A stretch of DNA of 64,000 bases from the NCBI GenBank assembly GCA_964016885.1, contig OZ024743.1, positions 75,578,001-75,642,000 of the forward strand, written 5' to 3'. The notes beneath the pieces were generated by a model that searched no databases, was not told where the DNA came from, and saw only the letters and a list, made by a program, of their open reading frames with translations. Both the position numbers and the translations under genes were made by a program. The stretch is from Eledone cirrhosa. Taxonomy: Eukaryota. Shown here piece by piece: positions 10,518 to 23,600 of the stretch (positions are counted from its first letter, which is position 1; each line of letters opens with the position of its first letter).

Positions 10518-11386
10518 CTGTTGTTACTGTTGTTACTGTTGTTGCTGTTGTTGTTACTATTGTTACTGTTGTTGTTGTTGTTACTGTTGCTACTGCTGCT
10601 ACTGTTGTTGCTGCTGTTGTTGCTGTTGTTGCTGCTGTTGTTGCTGTTGTTACTGTTGTTGTTGTTGTTACTGTCGCTACTGCTGCTACTGTTGTTGCTG
10701 CTGTTGTTGCTGTTGTTGTTGCTGCTGTTGTTGCTGTTGTTGTTGCTGTTGTTGTTACTATTGTTACTGTTGTTGTTGTTACTGTTGCTACTGCTGCTAC
10801 TGTTGTTGCTGCTGTTGTTGCTATTGTTACTGTTGTTGTTGTTGTTACTGTTGCTACTCCTGCTACTGTTGTTGCTGCTGTTGTTGCTGCTGTTGTTACT
10901 ATTGTTACTGTTGTTGTTGTTGTTACTGTTGCTACTGCTGCTACTGTTGTTGCTGCTGTTGTTGCTGTTGTTGTTGCTGTTGTTGTTACTATTGTTACTG
11001 TTGTTGTTGTTGTTGCTGTTGCTACTGCTGCTACTGTTGTTGCTGCTGTTGTTGCTGCTGTTGTTGCTATTGTTACTGTTGTTGTTGTTACTGTTGCTAC
11101 TGCTGCTACTGTTGTTGCTGCTGTTGTTGCTGCTGTTGTTACTGTTGTTACTGTTGTTGTTGTTGTTACTGTTGCTACTGCTGCTACTGTTGTTGCTGCT
11201 GTTGTTGCTGCTGTTGTTACTGTTGTTACTGTTGTTGTTGTTGTTACTGTTGCTACTGTTGTTACTGTTGCTACTGCTGCTACTGCTGTTACTATTGTTA
11301 CTGTTGTTGTTGTTGTTACTGTTGCTACTGCTGCTACTGTTGTTGCTACTGCTGCTACTGCTGTTGCTGCTGCTGTTGTTGCTACT
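10150..11386. repeat. compound (YTR)n trinucleotide microsatellite (CTG/TTG/CTA/TTA) with longer-period substructure
   Basis: Directly visible; gives an artefactual poly-Leu ORF. Confidence 0.95.
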
Positions 11387-11748
11387 GAACCCTATCTACA
11401 GGACATCCACTGTTACCATTCCAAGAGTGACATCAGAGTAGTTACCAATCTGATAGACAATATATTGATTTCTTACATTTGTAAAAGGCTACAGATATAT
11501 ACTAGAGGGGAATGGTTGATTAGAATGACCCCAGTGTATGACTGCTACTTATTTTATTGCCCATAAAGGGATGAAATGTAAATATTGAACCTGATAACAT
11601 GAGATCTCAGAATATTGAGGGCTGGAACTGATTATATGAGAAGTACTTTTAGTCTGATTCATAATTCCTGTTACTTTACCAGAAGGACCCCAGTATATTT
11701 TACTGTTTAGGGCAGAGGGTCTCAAACTGTTTGGGGCTTCCATCCTCT

Positions 11749-12228
11749 TCATGGCCACATAACCCCCCCCCCCCCCTCATGGCCACATAAAACCCTCACT
11801 GCTCCCCTCATGGCCACATAAAACCCTCACTGCTCCCCTCATGGCCACATAAAACCCTCACTGCTCCCCTCATGGCCACATAATACCCTCAACCTCCTTT
11901 CATGGCCACATAATACCCTCACCGCCTCCCTCATGGCCACGTATCCCCCCCCCCATGGCCTCATAATACCCTCACCGCCCCCCTCATGGTCACATGATAC
12001 CCTCACCCCCACCTCACTCATGGCCACATAATACCCTCACCCCCCTCCCTCATGGCCACGTAATACCCTCACCACCCCCTCATGGCCACATAATACCCTC
12101 ACCCCCACCTCACTCATGGCCACATAATACCCTCACCACCCCCTCATGGCCACATAATACCCTCACCACCCCCTCATGGCCACATAATACCCCCCTCCCT
12201 CATGGCCACGTAATATCCTCACTGCCCC
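11749..12228 (+). repeat. C-rich minisatellite, about 31-bp unit with length variants, about 14 copies
   Basis: Unit CTCATGGCCACATAA(A/T)ACCCTCAC...CCC. Confidence 0.9.
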
Positions 12229-12274
12229 CTAACTCTATTTCCAGAGAGACCTGCCAACACGCAAATTATAAATA

Positions 12275-12465
12275 ATTGTTTCTACTTTTGGCACAAGGCC
12301 AGCAATTATCCCAGTGTATTACTGGTACTTTATTTTATCAACCCCGTAAGGATGAAAAGCAAAGTTAACCTCGGCGGGATTTGAACTCAGACCATAAAGG
12401 GCCGTAACTCTATGCACCAAAGCATGGCGTCCGACCCCCTACTGATACTGCCAATACACCGCCCT
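12275..12465 (-). mobile_element. tRNA-derived SINE (family B)
   Basis: Minus strand has a B-box-like GAGTTCAAATCCCGCCGAGGTTAACTTT; copies at 52115-52320, 52420-52555, 57895-58080 and a degenerate one at about 11470-11660. Confidence 0.75.
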
Positions 12466-12675
12466 AGACCCAGTAATCTTAATGAATTTTTGTTAGGCTG
12501 GACTGCTTATATGTTGGGTAAGCAAAGCAGAACTATAGCAGTTCCTAAGAAATACATGTCCCCACTTGATTCATGAGGTTTATAGGTATCATGCAGGCCA
12601 ATATTGACTGTATTGACAATATCCACTGCAAATTATAAATAAATATAATAAATAAAATCGTTAATTTATATATAA

Positions 12676-13401
12676 CTAGCAGAATGGCCCGGCGTTGCTC
12701 GGGATTCTAAACATAGATTGTTCAACCCACGAAAGCCAAGACGATAGGGTTAAGTAAAAAGGTATTCGACAAACCGAACATGTATTTGTTGTGCTATGGT
12801 ACAATGAAAGCAATAGTTAAAGAGCAGTAAGCATGTGGGACTGCAGTGGTGTGAGCATGAAGGAATTTAGTTGGATACTTTTAAGATTACAGGCCCTAAC
12901 GCAACCAAAATGCTAAACAATGCGGTCCCCGGGCAAAAATTTGAAATCTTTTTCAGTCAAGAAAATTTGTGAAACATAAGTAATGCATATGCAAAGTTTA
13001 AAAAAAAAATCGGTTGGGTACAAAAAATCGAGTTACAGGCCCTAACGCAACCAAAATGCTTTAAAAAGTCGGTTTTTCGCTTAATGCGGTCCCTGGGGCA
13101 AAAAATGATAAAATCTTTTTTGCTCAAAACACTTTAAACGACATAAGTAATGCAAATCTTGAAAAAAATCGTCTGGATTATTGTTCCATTATGCCTAAAA
13201 AAAGCCTTTAAAGCCTAAAATATGCGGTTTTTCGCCTAATGCGGTCCCTAGGGCATTGAAAATTTGAAATATTTTTTGCTCAAAACACTCACACGACCAT
13301 AAGTATTACATGTGTAAAGTTTGAAAAAAATCGGTTGGGTGGTTCTCAAGTTTTAGGGAGACAGACAGACAGACGGACATTCTCTGTTTTAGATATATAG
13401 A
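12676..13401 (-). mobile_element. non-autonomous Helitron
   Basis: Minus strand begins TCTATATATCTAAAA, followed by (CTGT)n, and ends with hairpin CCCGAGCAACGCCGGG then CTAG. Inserted between A and T with no TSD. Internal roughly 150-bp subrepeats. Confidence 0.85.
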
Positions 13402-13629
13402 TGTATAGATATATAATATACTATATACTATATACTATGTATAAATAAATATTATATATTTTTTATTTTACTATATTTATATATAATATGTATCATTTGA
13501 TATACTAATATGTATCATTTAATATACTATTATATCATCTCTATCGCCCCCCCCCCCTCAGGCCCCCCCCCCCCTGACCTTCTCAACACTCTCGGGGGTT
13601 AATGCCTACTTTGAGAACCTCTGGTTTAA

Positions 13630-13752
13630 GGTGTTCAGTTCACAACCTTAAGGTCATGAGTTCAATTTCCAGCAGTGAATTGCGTCCTTGAGCAAGATTC
13701 TTTATTTCACATTGCTTCAGTCCACTTAACTTCCAAAAATGGGATGTACCTG
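13630..13752 (+). mobile_element. SINE fragment (tRNA-like head plus central domain)
   Basis: AAGGTCATGAGTTCAATTTCC (B-box-like) followed by GTCCTTGAGCAAG...TTTATTTCACATTGCTTCAGTCCAC. Confidence 0.5.
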
Positions 13753-13963
13753 TATTCTTGGGTCCCAAATGATAGGGGGAATTAAGCCAGTGGGGGGGGG
13801 GGGGGGGTCAGTAATTTTTCCAGGTTGTCTCCATTGATTTTTTAAAAAAAACCAGAATTAGTCGTTTAGTTTACATATTGAGACTCGAACCCTCCTATTT
13901 ATTTTCTAACATATGGGATTTCTTGTAATGTTCTTTTTTGTCATGTATAATGTTTTTTAATGT
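13753..13963 (+). mobile_element. MITE-like repeat fragment, inverted homologue of 58865-59059
   Basis: About 200 bp of clear reverse-complement similarity (poly-G, CAGGTTGTCTCC, GTCGTTTAGTTTACATATTGAGAC, CATATGGGATTTCTTGTAATGT). Confidence 0.65.
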
Positions 13964-14239
13964 ACAAAGAAAATTAAGTGTTCCAGGAATGTTACCATCT
14001 GATATAAAATTTCACAGGAGATACAATGTCACTGGATCGAGACCTTTGACGCCACGCAGTAATACAGAAGACCCGCCTTCCCTACATACAAAGTTAAACC
14101 TACAGTCAGTGGGCACCTCTTAACCAAATATACACCCCAACCCACTACCCCTACTCCATCTTCCACTCCCAACAAAACATCACCCCTTTCTCTGTAAAGT
14201 TATTTTGGTACCTCACTCACAACATCCAGTCTAAACTAA

Positions 14240-14455
14240 GGTCATGTAGGTGTCACAACAAAAAGCACCCCAGTACACACAGTAAATGTGGTTGGTGTTA
14301 GGAAGGGCATTCAGCTGTAGAAACCAAGCCAGAAACAGTTCTGTGTGAGCAAGAAACGGTTGCTGGACCCAACTTGCCTAAAACGGGACAACCAGTCTAA
14401 CCAATGCTAGGGTGGGAAAATGGACATTAAATGGTGATGATGATGATGATGATAA
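14240..14455 (+). mobile_element. SINE family A copy with a single 48-bp unit and (GAT)n tail
   Basis: AAAAGCACCCCAGTACACAC...GTGGTTGGTGTTAGGAAGGGCATTCAGCTGTAGAAACC...GGACATTAAATGGTGATGATGAT. Confidence 0.75.
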
Positions 14456-14649
14456 TAAATACAACTAATTATTGCTAGGAACCTTACAAATATCTCATGA
14501 AACTTGATTAAATTCCAGTCTGAAGAGCCTCTGACCTTGAGACTAACTTTAACTTTTTTATAAATTTAACACATTTAGTTGCAAATACAAACAGAAATTA
14601 GCATAATTAATTAATATAATTGATAGGAAAAACAATTATTAGGAATACC

Positions 14650-17600
14650 CTTCTATAACAATACTACCAATACCCCCTCACTATAACAATACTACCAATA
14701 CCCTCTCTCTATAACAATACTACCAATACCCTCTCTCTATAACAATACTACCAAAACCCTCTCTCTATAACAATACTACCAATACCCTCTCTCTATAACA
14801 ATACTACCAATACCCTACTACCAACACCCTCTCTCTATAACAATACTACCAATACCCTCTCTCTATAACAACACTACCAATACCCTCTCTCTATAACAAT
14901 ATTACCAATACCCTCTCTCTATAACAACACTACCAATACCCTACTACCAATACCCTCTCTCTATAACAATACTACCAATGCCCTCTCTCTATAACAACAC
15001 TAACAATACCCTCTCTCTATAACAACACTACCAATACCTCCTCTCTATAACAACACTACCAATACCCTCTCTCTATAACAACACTACCAATACCTCCTCT
15101 CTATAACAACACTACCAATATCCTCTCTCTATAACAATACTACCAATACCCTCTCTCTATAACAATACTACCAATACCCTCTCTCTATAACAATACTACC
15201 AATACCCTCTCTCTATAACAATACTACCAATACCCTCTCTCTATAACAACACTAACAATACCTCCTCTCTATAACAACACTACCAATATCCTCTCTCTAT
15301 AACAATACTACCAATACCCTCTCTCTATAACAATACTACCAATACCCTCTCTCTATAACAATACTACCAATACCCTCTCTCTATAACAACACTACCAATA
15401 CCCTCTCTCTATAACAATACTAACAATACCCTCTCTCTATAACAACACTACCAATACCTCCTCTCTATAACAACACTACCAATACCCTCTCTCTATAACA
15501 ACACTACCAATACCCTACTACCAATACCCTCTCTCTATAACAACACTACCAATACCCTCTCTCTATAACAATATTACCAATACCCTCTCTCTATAACAAC
15601 ACTACCAATACCCTACTACCAATACCCTCTCTCTATAACAACACTACCAATACCCTCTCTCTATAACAATATTACCAATACCCTTTCTCTATAACAACAC
15701 TACCAATACCCTACTACCAATACCCTCTCTCTATAACAACACTACCAATACCCTCTCTCTATAACAACACTAACAATACCCTCTCTCTATAACAATACTA
15801 CCAATACCCTCTCTCTATAACAATACTACCAATACCCTCTCTCTATAACAACACTACCAATACCCTCTCTCTATAACAACACTACCAAAACCCTCTCTCT
15901 ATAACAACACTACCAATACCCTCTCTCTATAACAACACTAACAATACCCTCTCTCTATAACAACACTACCAATACCCTCTCTCTATAACAACACTACCAA
16001 AACCCTCTCTCTATAACAACACTACCAATACCCTCTCTCTATAACAACACTAACAATACCCTCTCTCTATAACAACACTACCAATACCCTCTCTCTATAA
16101 AAACACTACCAATACCCTCTCTCTATAACAACACTACCAATACCCTCTCTCTATAACAACACTACCAATACCCTCTCTCTATAACAACACTACCAATACC
16201 CTCTCTCTATAACAATACTACCAATACCCTCTCTCTATAACAATACTACCAATACCCTCTCTCTATAACAACACTACCAAAACCCTCTCTCTATAACAAC
16301 ACTACCAATACCCTCTCTCTATAACAACACTAACAATACCCTCTCTCTATAACAACACTACCAATACCCTCTCTCTATAACAACACTACCAATACCCTCT
16401 CTCTATAACAACACTACCAATACCCTCTCTCTATAACAACACTACCAATACCCTCTCTCTATAACAACACTACCAATACCCTACTACCAATACCCTCTCT
16501 CTATAACAATACTACCAATACCCTCTCTCTATAACAACACTAACAATACCCTCTCTCTATAACAACACTACCAATACCCTCTCTCTATAACAACACTACC
16601 AATACCCTACTACCAATACCCTCTCTCTATAACAATACTACCAATACCCTCTCTCTATAACAACACTAACAATACCCTCTCTCTATAACAACACTACCAA
16701 TACCCTCTCTCTATAACAATACTACCAATACCCTCTCTCTATAACAACACTAACAATACCCTCTCTCTATAACAACACTACCAAAACCCTCTCTCTATAA
16801 CAATACTACCAATACCCTCTCTCTATAACAACACTAACAATACCCTCTCTCTATAACAACACTACCAATACCCTACTACCAATACCCTCTCTCTATAACA
16901 ATACTACTAATACCCTCTCTCTATAACAACACTAACAATACCCTCTCTCTATAACAACACTACCAATACCCTCTCTCTATAACAACACTAACAATACCCT
17001 CTCTCTATAACAACACTACCAATACCCTCTCTCTATAACAACACTACCAAAACCCTCTCTCTATAACAACACTACCAATACCCTCTCTCTATAACAACAC
17101 TAACAATACCTCCTCTCTATAACAACACTACCAATACCCTCTCTCTATAACAACACTACCAATACCCTCTCTCTATAACAACACTAACAATACCTCCTCT
17201 CTATAACAACACTACCAATACCCTCTCTCTATAACAATACTACCAATACCCTACTACCAATACCCTCTCTCTATAACAACACTACCAAAACTCTCTCTCT
17301 ATAACAACACTACCAATACCCTCTCTCTATAACAACACTACCAATACCCTCTCTCTATAACAACACTAACAATACCTCCTCTCTATAACAACACTACCAA
17401 TACCCTCTCTCTATAACAACACTACCAATACATCCTCTCTATAACAACACTAACAATACCCTCTCTCTATAACAACACTACCAATACCCTCTCTCTATAA
17501 CAACACTACCAATACCCCCTCTCTATAACAATACTACCAATACCCTCTCTCTATAACAACACTACCAATACCCTCTCTCTATAACAACACTACCAATACC

Positions 17601-20600
17601 CTCTCTCTATAACAACAATACCAATACCCTCTCTCTATAACAACACTACCAATACCCTCTCTCTATAACAATACTACCAATACCCTCTCTCTATAACAAC
17701 ACTACCAATACCCTCTCTCTATAACAACACTACCAATACCCTCTCTCTATAATAATACTACCAATACCCTCTCTCTATAACAACACTACCAATACCCCCT
17801 CTCTATAACAATACTACCAATACCCCCTCTCTATAACAACACTACCAATACCCTCTCTCTATAACAACACTACCAATACCCGTCTATAACAACACTACCA
17901 ATACCCTCTCTCTATAACAACACTACCAATACCCTCTCTCTATAACAATACTACCAACACCCTCTCTCTATAACAACACTACCAATACCCTCTCTCTATA
18001 ACAATACTACCAATACCCTCTCTCTATAACAATACTACCAACACCCTCTCTCTATAACAACACTACCAATACCCTACTACCAATACCCTCTCTCTATAAC
18101 AACACTACCAATACCCTCTCTCTATAACAACACTACCAATACCCTCTCTCTATAACAACACTACCAATACCCTCTCTCTATAACAACACTACCAATACCC
18201 ACTCTCTATAACAACACTACCAATACCCTCTCTCTATAACAACACTACCAATACCCTCTCTCTATAACAACACTACCAACACCCTCTCTCTATAACAACA
18301 CTACCAATACCCTCTCTCTATAACAATACTACCAATACCCTCTCTCTATAACAATACTACCAACACCCTCTCTCTATAACAACACTACCAATACCCTACT
18401 ACCAATACCCCCTCTCTATAACAACACTACCAATACCCCTCTCTATAACAACACTACCAATACCCTCTCTCTATAACAACACTACCAATACCCCCTCTCT
18501 ATAACAACACTACCAATACCCTCTCTCTATAACAATACTACCAATACCCTCTCTCTATAACAACACTACCAATACCCTACTACCAATACCCTCTCTCTAC
18601 AACAACACTACCAATACCCTACTACCAATACCCTCTCTCTATAACAATACTACCAATACCCTCTCTCTATAACAATACTACCAATACCCTCTCTCTATAA
18701 CAATACTACCAATACCCTCTCTCTATAACAACACTACCAATACCCTACTACCAATACCCTCTCTCTATAACAACACTACCAATACCCTACTACCAATACC
18801 CTCTCTCTATAACAACACTACCAATACCCTACTACCAATACCCTCTCTCTATAACAATACTACCAATACCCTCTCTCTATAACAATACTACCAACACCCT
18901 ACTACCAATACCCTACTACCAATACCCTCTCTCTATAACAACACTACCAATACCCTACTACCAATACCCTACTACCAATACCCCCTCTCTATAACAACAC
19001 TACAAATACCCTACTACCAATACCCTCTCTCTATAACAACACTACCAATACCCTCTCTCTATAACAACACTACCAATACCCTCTCTCTATAACAATACTA
19101 CCAATACCCCCTCTCTATAACAATACTACCAATACCCTCTCTCTATAACAATACTACCAATACCCTCTCTCTATAACAACACTACCAATACCCTCTCTCT
19201 ATAACAACACTACCAATACCCTCTCTCTATAACAATACTACAAACACCTTACTACCAATACCCTCTCCCTATAACAATACTACCAATACCCTCTCTCTAT
19301 AACAACACTACAAATACCCTACTACCAATACCCTCTCTCTATAACAACACTACCAATACTCTCTCTCTATAACAATACTACCAATACCCTCTCTCTATAA
19401 CAATACTACAAATACCTTACTACCAATACCCTCTCTCTATAACAATACTACCAATACCCTCTCTCTATAACAACACTACCAATACCCTACTACCAATAAC
19501 GTACTACCAATACCCTCTCTCTATAACAACACTACAAATACCCTACTACCAATACCCTCTCTCTATGACAATACTACCAATACCCTCTCTCTATAACAAT
19601 ACTACCAATACCCTCTCTCTATAACAACACTAACAATACCCTCTCTCTATAACAACACTACCAATACCCTCTCTCTATAACAACACTAACAATACCCTCT
19701 CTCTATAACAACACTACCAATACCCTCTCTCTATAACAACACTACCAAAACCCTCTCTCTATAACAACACTACCAATACCCTCTCTCTATAACAATACTA
19801 CCAATACCCTACTACCAATACCCTCTCTCTATAACAACACTACCAATACCCTCTCTCTATAACAACACTAACAATACCTCCTCTCTATAACAACACTACC
19901 AATACCCTCTCTCTATAACAACACTAACAATACCTCCTCTCTATAACAACACTACCAAAACCCTCTCTCTATAACAACACTACCAATACCCTCTCTCTAT
20001 AACAATACTACCAATACCCTACTACCAATACCCTCTCTCTATAACAACACTACCAATACCCTCTCTCTATAACAACACTACCAATACCCTCTCTCTATAA
20101 CAACACTACCAATACCCTCTCTCTATAACAACACTACCAATACCCTCTCTCTATGACAATACTACCAATACCCTCTCTCTATAACAATACTACCAATACC
20201 CTCTCTCTATAACAACACTAACAATACCCTCTCTCTATAACAACACTACCAATACCCTCTCTCTATAACAACACTACCAATACCCTCTCTCTATAACAAC
20301 ACTAACAATACCTCCTCTCTATAACAACACTACCAATACCCTCTCTCTATAACAACACTACCAATACCCCCTCTCTATAACAATACTACCAATACCCTAC
20401 TACCAATACCCTCTCTCTATAACAACACTACCAAAACCCTCTCTCTATAACAACACTACCAATACCCTCTCTCTATAACAACACTACCAATACCCTCTCT
20501 CTATAACAACACTAACAATACCTCCTCTCTATAACAACACTACCAATACCCTCTCTCTATAACAACACTACCAATACCTCCTCTCTATAACAACACTAAC

Positions 20601-23600
20601 AATACCCTCTCTCTATAACAACACTAACAATACCTCCTCTCTATAACAACACTACCAATACCCTCTCTCTATAACAACACTAACAATACCTCCTCTCTAT
20701 AACAACACTACCAATACCCTCTCTCTATAACAACACTACCAATACCTCCTCTCTATAACAACACTAACAATACCCTCTCTCTATAACAACACTAACAATA
20801 CCTCCTCTCTATAACAACACTACCAATACCCTCTCTCTATAACAACACTACCAATACCTCCTCTCTATAACAACACTAACAATACCCTCTCTCTATAACA
20901 ACACTACCAGTACCCTCTCTCTATAACAACACTACCAATACCCCCTCTCTATAACAATACTACCAATACCCTCTCTCTATAACAACACTACCAATACCCT
21001 CTCTCTATAACAACACTACCAATACCCTCTCTCTATAACAACACTACCAATACCCTTCTATAACAATACTACCAATACCCCCTCTCTATAACAACACTAC
21101 CAATACCCTCTCTCTATAACAATACTACCAATACCCTCTCTCTATAACAATACTACCAATACCCTCTCTCTATAACAATACTACCAATACCCTCTCTCTA
21201 TAACAATACTACCAATACCCTCTCTCTATAACAACACTACCAATACCCTACTACCAATACCCTCTCTCTATAACAACACTACCAATACCCTACTACCAAT
21301 ACCCTCTCTCTATAACAACACTACCAATACCCTACTACCAATACCCTCTCTCTATAACAACACTTCCAGTACCCTACTACCAATACCCTCTCTCTATAAC
21401 AACACTACCAATACCCTACTACCAATACCCTCTCTCTATAACAATACTACCAATACCCTCTCTCTATAACAACACTACCAATACCCTACTACCAATACCC
21501 TCTCTCTATAACAACACTACCAATACCCTACTACCAATACCCTCTCTCTATAACAACACTACCAATACCCTACTACCAATACCCTCTCTCTATAACAACA
21601 CTACCAATACCCTACTACCAATACCCTCTCTCTATAACAACACTACCAATACCCTCTCTCTATAACAACACTACCAATACCCTACTACCAATACCCTCTC
21701 TCTATAACAACACTACCAATACCCTACTACCAATATCCTCTCTCTATAACAACACTACCAATACCCTACTACCAATACCCTACTACCAATACCCCCTCTC
21801 TATAACAACACTACAAATACCCTACTACCAATACCCTCTCTCTATAACAACACTACCAATACCCTCTCTCTATAACAATACTACAAATACCCTACTACCA
21901 ATACCCTACTACCAATACCCCCTCTCTATAACAATACTACCAATACCCTACTACCAATACCCTCTCTCTATAACAATACTACAAATACCTTACTACCAAT
22001 ACCCTCTCCCTATAACAATACTACCAATACCCTCTCTCTATAACAATACTACAAATACCCTACTACCAATACCCTCTCTCTATAACAATACTACCAATAC
22101 TCTCTCTCTATAACAATACTACCAATACCCTCTCTCTATAACAACACTACCAATACCCTCTCTCTATAACAATACTACCAATACCCTCTCTCTATAACAA
22201 CACTACAAATACCCTACTACCAATACCCTCTCTCTATGACAATACTACCAATACCCTCTCTCTATAACAACACTACAAATACCCTACTACCAATAACCTC
22301 TCTCTATAACAATACTACCAATACCCTCTCTCTATAACAACACTACAAATACCCTACTACCAATACCCTCTCTCTATAACAACACTACAAATACCCTACT
22401 ACCAATACCCTCTCTCTATAACAATACTACCAATACCCTACTATCAATAACCTCTCTCTATAACAATACTACCAATACCCTACTACCAATACCCTCTCTC
22501 TATAACAATACTACCAATACTCTCTCTCTATAACAACACTACCAATACCCTACTACCAATACTCTCTCTCTATAACAATACTACCAATACCCTCTCTCTA
22601 TAACAACACTAACAATACCCTACTACCAATACCCCCTCTCTATAACAATACTACCAATACCCTCTCTCTATAACAACACTACCAATACCCTACTACCAAT
22701 AACCTCTCTCTATAACAATAATACCAATACCCTACTACCAATACCCTCACTCTATAACAATACTACCAATACCCTCACTCTATAACAACACTACCAATAC
22801 CCCCTCTCTATAACAATACTACCAATACCCTACTACCAAAACCCTCTCTCTATAACAACACTACCAATACCCTCTCTCTATAACAACACTACCAATACCC
22901 TCTCTCTATAACAATACTACCAATACCCTCTCTCTATAACAACACTACCAATACCCTCTCTCTATAACAACACTACCAATACCCTCTCTCTATAACAACA
23001 CTACCAATACCCTCTCTCTATAACAATACTACCAATGCCCTCTCTCTATAACAATACTACCAATACCCTACTACCAATACCCTCTCTCTATAACAATACT
23101 ACCAATACCCTACTACCAATACCGTCTCTCTATAACAACACTACCAATACCCTACTACCAATACCCTCTCTCTATAACAACACTACCAATACCCTACTAC
23201 CAATACCCTCTCTCTATAACAACACTACCAATACCCTCTCTCTATAACAACACTACCAAAACCCTCTCTCTATAACAACACTACCAATACCCTCTCTCTA
23301 TAACAACACTAACAATACCTCCTCTCTATAACAACACTACCAATACCCTCTCTCTATAACAACACTACCAATACCTCCTCTCTATAACAACACTACCAAT
23401 ACCCTCTCTCTATAACAATACTACCAATACCCTACTACCAATACCCTCTCTCTATAACAACACTACCAAAACCCTCTCTCTATAACAACACTACCAATAC
23501 CCTCTCTCTATAACAACACTACCAATACCCCCTCTCTATAACAACACTAACAATACCTCCTCTCTATAAACAACACTACCAATACCCTCTCTCTATAACA

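Larger units (their letters stand above)
11713..13623. mobile_element. non-autonomous hAT-type DNA transposon with nested insertions
   Basis: Termini CAGAGGGTCTCAAA (11713) and TTTGAGAACCTCTG (ends 13623) are inverted; 8-bp flanks GTTTAGGG / GTTTAAGG match at 7 of 8 positions, consistent with a target-site duplication. Confidence 0.7.

Noticed and set aside
10227-11441. 404-aa poly-leucine ORF
   Set aside because: Translation of a (YTR)n microsatellite; no ATG start or domain. The minus-strand poly-Gln frame contains TAG/TAA stops.
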